NCBI GenBank assembly: GCA_005223035.1
Contig: NJBK01000005.1
Coordinates: 31,237-95,236 of the forward strand
Source: Chloroflexi bacterium B3_Chlor
Lineage (GTDB): Bacteria; Chloroflexota; Anaerolineae; UBA7937; B3-Chlor
Length of the DNA: 64,000 bases
Direction: 5' to 3'
How positions within the stretch are numbered: position 1 is the first letter of the stretch; the number at the start of each line of letters is the position of its first letter. The position numbers and the translations under genes were made by a program. This document shows positions 57,509 through 64,000 of this stretch, one piece after another. The notes under the pieces were generated by a model, which saw nothing but the letters and a program-made list of their open reading frames with translations, did not search any database and was not told the DNA's origin.

Positions 57509-57742
57509 CTACGCGAGCCTCTCCCTCAGCACGTCTTCAAGGGTTGGTTGCCAAACCTCTTGCAGTTCGTACCGGACGCGGTGGCGGGTTTGTTGATGCT
57601 GACTACTCGACGTAGGTCAATCGGGGTACCAACGATGACGAGATCACAGGGCGTGGCATTGATGATCTCTTCCAGTTCTCTGGTCAGTCTATCGCTTGGC
57701 ATTCTCCGTTCTTTATCATCTACGCAGAAGCCTGCAGACGTT
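57509..57742 (-). pseudogene. Frameshifted C-terminal relic of a COG2403-like predicted GTPase (cyclic 2,3-DPG-synthetase-like family)
   Basis: Own translation: ..DDKERRMPSDRLTRELEEIINATPCDLVIVGTPIDLRRVVSINKPAT. After a -1 frame change it continues RVRYELQEVWQPTLEDVLRERLA*. No N-terminal part exists, because the tatC stop is at 57771. The family assignment is from memory. Confidence 0.35.
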
Positions 57743-57770
57743 TGTCATGCCCGGTGTCCTGGCCCCGGCT

Positions 57771-58676
57771 TCACGCGAACCTCGATAACACGATTCCAAG
57801 TCCGTACAACAGCAGTAGGGGCGTCGCTACCAATGTCATATTCACGGGGTCGGGGGTGGGTGTGACGACTGCGGCCACGAGGAATATCAGGACAACCGCG
57901 TGCCTCCAGTACGACACGTACTTTCGAGCGCTCATTATTCCCAATTTGGCTGCCACGAACATGACTAGAGGTGTTTCGAACACTAGCCCTAGCCCGAGAA
58001 GGAAGGTGAGCACGAAGGTAATGTATGCATCAATAGTCCACTGGGGTTCTGCAATATCACTGCCGAAGCTGCTCAGGTATCGGAGAGCGAAGGGGAGCAT
58101 GACGGTGTAGCAGAAGGCGACGCCCGTCAGGAAGAAGACGGTGCCGGGGATGGCACCAAAGAGGACCAGGTTCCTGAAGTGCCGCCTTTCTTTTGGGTTT
58201 TCCATCGCGGGGGCGACGAAAGCCAGGATCTGGAATATGATATAGGGTAAGGCCAGAAGGAGGCCACTCATCAACGCTACCTTGAAATAGGTGAAGAACA
58301 ACTCTGTGGGTCGCAGGAAGATGGGCTTGAGGCCTCCCGCCGGCCGGATGAGGAGTGCCATGATCCTACTAGTGAACAACACACTGACGGCAGTGGCCGC
58401 CACCAACGCCAGACCTGCCCTGATCGCCCGGCGTCGCAGTTCAACGAGGTGCTCCGTAACGGAGTACAGAAACTGAATGAGCCCATATGTCGGACTCTTG
58501 TCACGTCGCCAGTTTGCTCTCGCGGCTTCCAAATCAAAGGGTTCAAGATTCTGCTGCGTCCTTCGCAGATTCAACAGGGTAAGCCACAAAGCCTCGACCC
58601 CCTCCGGGAGCTTCTGGGGCCCAAGAATGATCAGCGCGACGAAGGCAAGGAGCGCCAGCCAGATTATGTCTGACAT
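57771..58676 (-). CDS. tatC: TatC translocase subunit with an in-frame N-terminal TatA/TatB-like module (TatB-TatC fusion)
   Basis: Residues 1-~45 are MSDIIWLALLAFVALIILGPQKLPEGVEALWLTLLNLRR: a short TM, a GPxKLP hinge and an amphipathic helix. A canonical TatC follows from ..TEHLVELRRR.., with FVAPAMENPKERR and TPTPDPVNM motifs. Total 301 aa. Confidence 0.8.
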   Translation of the reverse strand: MSDIIWLALLAFVALIILGPQKLPEGVEALWLTLLNLRRTQQNLEPFDLEAARANWRRDKSPTYGLIQFLYSVTEHLVELRRRAIRAGLALVAATAVSVLFTSRIMALLIRPAGGLKPIFLRPTELFFTYFKVALMSGLLLALPYIIFQILAFVAPAMENPKERRHFRNLVLFGAIPGTVFFLTGVAFCYTVMLPFALRYLSSFGSDIAEPQWTIDAYITFVLTFLLGLGLVFETPLVMFVAAKLGIMSARKYVSYWRHAVVLIFLVAAVVTPTPDPVNMTLVATPLLLLYGLGIVLSRFA

Positions 58677-58993
58677 TCCGTCTCTACCTGTGGTTCTTCC
58701 GTTTCATCCTGATCCGCGCTGGCTTCGTCGTCGCTGGGCACTTCTTTCTGATTCTTGCGTTTGATGACCTTTTGGACAGATGCCTGCAGCTCCGCTTCCT
58801 CGGAGCGGGGGCTCAACAGCTCGCTGGCTGAGACATCGGTTATCGATTGTATCTCATCCAGAGCCTGCCTCCACTTCCCAATACTCTTGCCCAGGTCTTT
58901 CGCAATCTCTGGAAGTTTCGTGGGCCCGAATATCAGAAGAGCGATGATTAGGATGAGCAAGAGTTCAGCCGGTCCTACTCCTGCGAAGTTCAT
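58664..58993 (-). CDS. tatA: Twin-arginine translocase subunit TatA
   Basis: ELLLILIIALLIFGPTKLPEIAKDLGKSIGKWRQAL, with an acidic C-terminal tail. Confidence 0.85.
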   Translation of the reverse strand: MNFAGVGPAELLLILIIALLIFGPTKLPEIAKDLGKSIGKWRQALDEIQSITDVSASELLSPRSEEAELQASVQKVIKRKNQKEVPSDDEASADQDETEEPQVETECQT

Positions 58994-59421
58994 TTGCCCT
59001 CACTCTGAGTTTCCGTCGCCATCTGACTGCTGGCTAGAGTCCCCAGAGCGCCGTTGACGAACCGCCGGGAACTCTCACTGCCGAAAAGCTTGGCCAGTTC
59101 TACGGCCTCGTTGATGGCTACCTTAATGGGAACGTCGGGATCAAGGGTCATCTCGAAAACCGCGATGCGCAAGATATTCCGGTCAATGGGTGACATCTGA
59201 TCGAGAGGCCATTCAGGGGCTATCTCCCGAATAGTGGGATCGATCTGTGGTAGGTTTTCCAAGACTCCCTCAACGAGACGGCGGGCAAACTCGATGTTGT
59301 CCTGACCGAGATCACAATACTGCAGACGTTGTTGCAGCACCCGCGAGGGGTCATGGGCAGCAAGATCAACCTCGAAGAGCGTTTGAAGCGCCACCGCTCT
59401 AGCACGGCGCCGGGCCTTCAC
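58990..59421 (-). CDS. nusB: Transcription antitermination factor NusB
   Basis: RRRARAVALQTLFEVD.. and ..AINEAVELAKLFGSESSRRFVNGALG. Confidence 0.9.
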   Translation of the reverse strand: MKARRRARAVALQTLFEVDLAAHDPSRVLQQRLQYCDLGQDNIEFARRLVEGVLENLPQIDPTIREIAPEWPLDQMSPIDRNILRIAVFEMTLDPDVPIKVAINEAVELAKLFGSESSRRFVNGALGTLASSQMATETQSEGK

Positions 59422-59807
59422 TATTCCGCTTCCTCCTCTGGTCGATTCTCCGGAGGCGGGGCGACCACATCGTCAATGTGGATATTCACCTCTCCGACGT
59501 GCATACCAAGCATGTCGTTGATTGCACGCGCGCTATCGTGCTGAATCTGACGGCCCAACTCCAGCAGATTCACGTTCGGCTCAACGATGATGTGCAGGTC
59601 CAGGTAGACTATGTCATCTTCCACTCTCATTCTGATGCCCTCACTGAGGCGCTGCCGCCGCAATATGCGGCCTACATTGCCGGCAAGAGTGTGGCTCATG
59701 GATGCCACTCCCGGCGTGGATAGAGTGGTCAGCCTGGCAATTGTCAGCAGGACCTGCGGTGCGATCGTAACCTTGCCCAGTTTCTCCTCCATCTGCAAAC
59801 CCTCCAC
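59421..59807 (-). CDS. Asp23/Gls24 family envelope stress protein
   Basis: GKVTIAPQVLLTIARLTTLSTPGV..; the position upstream of nusB matches the arrangement in Firmicutes (yqhY). Confidence 0.8.
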   Translation of the reverse strand: MEGLQMEEKLGKVTIAPQVLLTIARLTTLSTPGVASMSHTLAGNVGRILRRQRLSEGIRMRVEDDIVYLDLHIIVEPNVNLLELGRQIQHDSARAINDMLGMHVGEVNIHIDDVVAPPPENRPEEEAE

Positions 59808-60563
59808 TCACAGCATCATGGACATCATGCCTCCGTCAACGGCCAGTACCTGACCGCTCACGTAGCTTGCCTCCTCGGAAGCGAGGAAGGCAACCGCATT
59901 GGCTATCTCCTCCGCCGTCCCCGGCCTCTTCAAAGGCGTCAACTCCATGATGTAATCAATCAGTTCTTGAGGAAGGTCCGCCGTCTGATCGGTAGGTACG
60001 TAGCCGGGAGCCACAGCGTTGACGGTGATATTGCGAATGCCGAGTTCTCTGGCCACAGCTTTGGTGAAACCGATAATGCCAGCCTTGGAAGCTGAGTAGT
60101 TTGCCTGTCCTACCTGGCCGGCGATGCCAGACACTGAGGTGATGTTTATGATACGACCGTACCGTTGTCTAATCATGGGGCGTTGGGCTACCTTTGTGCA
60201 GTTGAAGGTCCCCTTGAGGTTTGTCTCCATGACGATGTCCCAATCGTCCTCCTTCATGCGCATCAACAAGGTGTCGCGCGTGACTCCCACGTTATTGACC
60301 AGGATGTCCAGGTGACCAAATGCCTCCAAGGCTGCGTCGATGAGCCCCTTGGCCTGCTCCGCATCCTTAACATCGGCATGGACTGCAATGGCTTCGGAGC
60401 CGTCAGCCTTTATCTGCTCGACGACCTCTTGGGCGGCATCTTCGCTAGTATGGTAGTTTACGACGACCTTAGCTCCCAGGCTTGCCAGTTTGACAGCGAT
60501 GGCACGCCCTATGCCACGGGAACTTCCGGTCACCACGGCGACCCGGTCGGTCAGGTCCAGCAC
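59808..60563 (-). CDS. fabG: 3-oxoacyl-ACP reductase
   Basis: VTGSSRGIG, NNVG, YSASKAG and a PGYV C-terminal region (SDR family). It is adjacent to fabD. Confidence 0.85.
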   Translation of the reverse strand: MLDLTDRVAVVTGSSRGIGRAIAVKLASLGAKVVVNYHTSEDAAQEVVEQIKADGSEAIAVHADVKDAEQAKGLIDAALEAFGHLDILVNNVGVTRDTLLMRMKEDDWDIVMETNLKGTFNCTKVAQRPMIRQRYGRIINITSVSGIAGQVGQANYSASKAGIIGFTKAVARELGIRNITVNAVAPGYVPTDQTADLPQELIDYIMELTPLKRPGTAEEIANAVAFLASEEASYVSGQVLAVDGGMMSMML

Positions 60564-60621
60564 GTTTCACCTCCTAGTGTCATTCTCCACTGACATCCCT
60601 GCGTTGGACACTTTTCTCCTG

Positions 60622-61563
60622 CTACCATGCCTCGATGCCTGCCACATCGCCGACACTTGCCCGCTTGGGGCTCTGATCGATACGCTTGATGAGGTTGCTC
60701 AGTACATCCTTGGGGCCTATCTCCGCGAAAGCTGTCACCCCATGATCGAGCATGTAGCGTACGGAGTCAACCCATAGCACTGGCGAGACAAGTTGTTTGA
60801 CGAGTTCTTCTCGTACCTCGTCCGCACTCCGCAGAGGTTTGCCAGTCACGTTGCCGACTACTGGAACATTGGCCTCTCGCAGGACAACACGGGCCAACGC
60901 TTCTCGAAGTCCCCGGGCTGCAGATTCCATTAGCGAGGAGTGGCTCGCAATGCTCACACGGAGGGGAACGACTCGGCGGGCCCCTTTTTGCAGGGCCAAC
61001 TCTGTTGCCCTTTCCAACCCCTCTTGCTCCCCAGAGATCACAATCTGCCCGGGAGAGTTGTGATTGGCCACCTGCACGATGGTGCCGGTTTCTTCTCTGG
61101 CCTGCGCGCAAGCTTCATCGCCGACTTCGGCTGCCAGGCCCAACACGGCGGCCATCCCCCCAGGCCGGTCCTCGCCTGCTTGCTTCATCAGTCGGCCGCG
61201 CTCTCGAACCAGGCGCACAGCGTCGGCGAAGGAGATCTGACCGCTGGCTACGAGGGCAGTGTATTCTCCCAGGCTGTGCCCCGCAGCAAAGGCTATCTCT
61301 CCAAGATGGTGCATTGCCTTCAGCGCCCGGAGCGCAGCAACGCTCATAGTGAGGATTGCCGGCTGGGTGTTGATGGTATCGTGTAGCTCGTTTTCAGGTC
61401 CCTTGAAGCACAGCTCCGACAACTTCATACCAAGGGCCTTGTCAGCTTCGTCAAAGACGGCTCGTGCTTCGGGGTATCGCTGATACAGGTCGAGCCCCAT
61501 GCCCAAGTATTGCGAGCCTTGGCTGGGGAAAATCAACGCCAACTTGTTCGGCATTTGGGCCAT
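60622..61563 (-). CDS. fabD: Malonyl-CoA-ACP transacylase
   Basis: FPSQGSQYLGMG, GHSLGEY and VSIASHS. Confidence 0.9.
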   Translation of the reverse strand: MAQMPNKLALIFPSQGSQYLGMGLDLYQRYPEARAVFDEADKALGMKLSELCFKGPENELHDTINTQPAILTMSVAALRALKAMHHLGEIAFAAGHSLGEYTALVASGQISFADAVRLVRERGRLMKQAGEDRPGGMAAVLGLAAEVGDEACAQAREETGTIVQVANHNSPGQIVISGEQEGLERATELALQKGARRVVPLRVSIASHSSLMESAARGLREALARVVLREANVPVVGNVTGKPLRSADEVREELVKQLVSPVLWVDSVRYMLDHGVTAFAEIGPKDVLSNLIKRIDQSPKRASVGDVAGIEAW

Positions 61564-61612
61564 TCTGCTCCCTCTACGTAGCTGCGCGCCTAATCATCCT
61601 CACCGAGACAAT

Positions 61613-61655
61613 CATGACTGTGTCAGGAGGCGGGGGTGCTGCGGGCACAGTCATG
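61613..61655. repeat. 10-bp perfect inverted repeat CATGACTGTG / CACAGTCATG with a 23-nt loop, between rpmF and fabD
   Basis: Read directly from the sequence. It lies 16 nt downstream of the rpmF stop on the minus strand. Confidence 0.4.
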
Positions 61656-61670
61656 AAGGAGAGAAGTAGC

Positions 61671-61862
61671 TCAGTCTGACGTCGGTGCCGGCTTCACGAC
61701 CTCCACACCCTTGTAGTGGCCGCACGAGGGACACACATGATGGGGGAGGCGAGGTTCACGACACTGAGGGCAGACTATCAGATGAGGTGACTTCAGGCCC
61801 GCATGGCTCCGACGGCCACCCCGACGTGCCTTCGATATCCTTGTTTTTGGTACGGCACCCAT
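61671..61862 (-). CDS. rpmF: 50S ribosomal protein L32
   Basis: MGAVPKTRISKARRGGRRSH..CPQC..CPSCG. Confidence 0.9.
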   Translation of the reverse strand: MGAVPKTRISKARRGGRRSHAGLKSPHLIVCPQCREPRLPHHVCPSCGHYKGVEVVKPAPTSD

Positions 61863-61918
61863 AGAGTATATGCTCCAATCCTTTGGTGTTGGTAATTACT
61901 CAACCGTAAGACGTATGA

Positions 61919-62437
61919 TCATAGTAGTTGCTTCAGAATCTCAAGGCGTGGATCCACCACTTCAGCCGTGCACTCGCATGGTCCGTCTTTGAAATTCTGA
62001 CCGCACTGTGAACACAGACCTGCGCAGTCTTCCGTGCACAGAGGATGCATAGGCAGGGCCAAGAAGATAGCCTGACGTACTACCTCGGCAAGATCCAACA
62101 CATGCTGTTCATCAATGATTGCAGCTTCTTCTTCGGTCTGCGTCACCGGTATTTTGGCACCAGTGTGTATGTCAACTCTGGGATAGAACTCTTCCTCAAT
62201 CTCCAGTTCGACGGGCGCGGAGAACGGCTCCAGGCACCGACTGCATTGCAGTCCCAAGGCCGTCCGTAGCGATGCTGTGACTAGTATGCTGTCTGCGGTT
62301 CGTATCATTTTCAGAGGGCCCGTCAACAGGGACTTGATCTCCAGATCGTCATCCATCCCCGTGATGTCCTCCGACAGATTGCCGCGCCGGACTGCGCCTG
62401 TTGGTTCCTTGAGTAGTTGAGCGACATTAATCTTCAT
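61919..62437 (-). CDS. yceD: YceD/DUF177 family protein
   Basis: MKINVAQLLKEPTG.. and the C-terminal motif CTEDCAGLCSQCGQNFKDGPCEC, directly upstream of rpmF. The ATG at 62437 follows GGAAAG. ATGs at 62461 and 62608 are less likely starts. Confidence 0.75.
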   Translation of the reverse strand: MKINVAQLLKEPTGAVRRGNLSEDITGMDDDLEIKSLLTGPLKMIRTADSILVTASLRTALGLQCSRCLEPFSAPVELEIEEEFYPRVDIHTGAKIPVTQTEEEAAIIDEQHVLDLAEVVRQAIFLALPMHPLCTEDCAGLCSQCGQNFKDGPCECTAEVVDPRLEILKQLL

Positions 62438-62492
62438 GTCGGGATGCTTTCCTTGCGTCATGTTGCTACTGCCGGCAGTCGTCAGACCTGCG

Positions 62493-63039
62493 TCAAGCGC
62501 CTGAGGCTGGTTCTCCGTGGCTGTCACCCTCTGTCGCTGCGCCAAAGTCCTCCAGACCCGCCTCGGCGGACAATCTTCTCCTTCGTTCCTCCTGTTGGAG
62601 AATCTCAAGGCCGTTTCGAATAGTGGTCTGGACGGCGATCAACTGGTCCTCCAGTTGCCCGAGAACCCTGATCGCATACTCGTCGGCTCCTCTCATGGTC
62701 TCCTCTGCCTGTCGGCGGCCCTCATCGACTATCGCGGCCGATCGTTCGTGTGCCTCCTCCAAGAGTCCACGTTCATCTAGGACTTGCTCGGCCTCGCTGT
62801 GTGCCCGATCAATTAGCCTCTCGGCCTCTTCCTGCGCCAAGGCAAGCACCTTGTCCCTCTCTTCTTGAATGCGCCGGGCTTTCGCAATCTCCTGGGGGAT
62901 GGTGACGCGCATCTGATCGATGATCTCCAGGGATTCATCCCTATTGACAACGGCCCCGGACGTCAAGGGGATTCGTCTACTACTGTTCAAGAGCCTTTCT
63001 AATCGATCTATCAAATGTGCGATATCTATCCTGACCACC
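62493..63039 (-). CDS. Coiled-coil protein of unknown function (E/R/A-rich)
   Basis: ..IAHLIDRLERLLNSSRRIPLTSGAVVNRDESLEIIDQMRVTIPQEI, then a long charged helix. The start is uncertain: GTG at 63039 or TTG at 63104. The track start at 63146 would overlap coaD. Confidence 0.4.
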
Positions 63040-63111
63040 CCCTTGAGGACCCTGTTCTTGCAGTGACTGCAATGCGCAGGCTTGTTGTGGATAGCGATTT
63101 CCAACTGGCCG

Positions 63112-63639
63112 TCAGTCGCGCATGGTTGTGATCTTGATCCTATCAATAACCTCGTCGCCGAGCTCTTCGATCTTGTTCCTCAGAGCGGTGACAACGTGGG
63201 CCGGGACCAGTTCGTTGATGTTCCCGTTCAGCTTCGCCACTTCTTTGACGATGCTGGAACTGAGGAAATAGTACTCCTTGGTCGTCAGCAAACACACCGA
63301 TTCGATTTCTGGAGCCAGCGTGCGGTTCATCAAGGCCATCTGAAACTCGAACTCGAAGTCTCCCACGACCCTCAAGCCTCGTATTATCGCTTTGGCACCC
63401 TTGCTCCGTGCAAAGTCCACCGTCAGCCCGTCGTAGCTCTCGACGGAAACGTTCGGCCAACCTTCGAACGCCTTGTTGACTAGCTCCAACCGTTCTGCGG
63501 TCGAGAAGAGCAGAGTCTTGATCGGGTGGGCGTAGACGGCCACGACAAGGTGATCGAAAAGAGCGGCCGCTCTCCGGGCGATATCAAGATGCCCGTTGGT
63601 GATGGGGTCAAATGTGCCGGGCAAGATGGCAGTCCTCAT
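63112..63639 (-). CDS. coaD: Phosphopantetheine adenylyltransferase
   Basis: MRTAILPGTFDPITNGHLDI. Confidence 0.9.
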   Translation of the reverse strand: MRTAILPGTFDPITNGHLDIARRAAALFDHLVVAVYAHPIKTLLFSTAERLELVNKAFEGWPNVSVESYDGLTVDFARSKGAKAIIRGLRVVGDFEFEFQMALMNRTLAPEIESVCLLTTKEYYFLSSSIVKEVAKLNGNINELVPAHVVTALRNKIEELGDEVIDRIKITTMRD

Positions 63640-63730
63640 TCAGACAATACCTCCGTGATACGTCACATTTGTTTACAGCCTCACTATTATAGCATATTCT
63701 CCGGGATGTGGAAAATCCCAAGACCCGTCC

Positions 63731-64000
63731 TCAGCTCAGGTCACTCTCTCCTTTGTGCCAGAATTCCCGAACCCGACGAGCCAGTAGGCGGTTCTGTGGA
63801 AGTTTCGAATCTGGATCCTCCTGCCAGATCTCCTTGGCGACTGCACGCGCTTCTTCAAGAACTCTCACATCACTCAACCGGGCTACTTTCAGGTCCGGCA
63901 GACCGCTCTGCCGTGTGCCAAAGAACTCGCCTGGCCCGCGCATGGCCAAGTCCTCGTCGGCCAGCTTGAAACCATCCTGCGTGCTTTCGATTATCTGTAG
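63731..64000 (-). CDS. recG: ATP-dependent DNA helicase RecG, C-terminal end (the gene continues beyond the right edge)
   Basis: ..STQDGFKLADEDLAMRGPGEFFGTRQSGLPDLKVARLSD.. is in frame up to position 64000. Confidence 0.75.
   Translation of the reverse strand, partial: LQIIESTQDGFKLADEDLAMRGPGEFFGTRQSGLPDLKVARLSDVRVLEEARAVAKEIWQEDPDSKLPQNRLLARRVREFWHKGESDLS

Overview
This is a 64-kb chromosomal segment of a moderately GC-rich bacterium, coded mostly on the minus strand. Gene content and domain architectures suggest a Chloroflexota-like organism, but that is low-confidence inference. I found no rRNA, tRNA, CRISPR array, transposase or integrase.

Gene content, left to right:
- 1-12.9 kb: an envelope-glycosylation island. 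It holds a partial 4Fe-4S protein, a GT2 enzyme, five GT-C/GT87-like polytopic membrane proteins, an O-antigen-ligase/TPR fusion and a truncated paralog fragment.
- 13.1-16.0 kb (plus strand): a COG1579 Zn-ribbon coiled-coil protein and an NTPase-TM-PD40 propeller fusion.
- 16.0-19.9 kb: the DUF167-yggT-yggS-pgeF-radical SAM operon.
- 20.5-23.5 kb: acyl-CoA dehydrogenase plus etfBA.
- 23.6-26.4 kb: nrdR-nrdJ with tandem NrdR boxes.
- 26.8-43.4 kb: a dcw cluster, mraZ-rsmH-ftsL-ftsI-murF-mraY-murD-ftsW-murG-[two CvpA-like membrane genes]-murC-murB-ftsQ-ftsA-ftsZ. murE and ddl are not in it.
- 43.7-52.6 kb: a TPR/HExxH membrane protein, scpA, a small ORF, a 751-aa TPR protein, cdaA-cdaR-der.
- 52.6-57.4 kb: an acyl-CoA dehydrogenase, two DUF35 proteins and two thiolase-fold proteins.
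- 57.8-64.0 kb: tatA, a TatB-like/TatC fusion, nusB, asp23, fabG, fabD, rpmF, yceD, a coiled-coil protein, coaD and the recG 3' end.

Observations most worth a second look:
- TatC carries an in-frame N-terminal TatA/B-like module.
- Both thiolase-fold proteins lack the nucleophilic Cys, and each sits near a stand-alone DUF35 partner.
- Two GC-rich gaps of about 510-560 nt have no credible ORF. One of them follows a TTGACT-17-TATAAT promoter.
- Three GTGGG direct repeats at 10-bp phase lie next to the mraZ -10 box.
- There are two gene relics.

All calls come from reading the sequence and from recognising motifs by memory. No database search was run.
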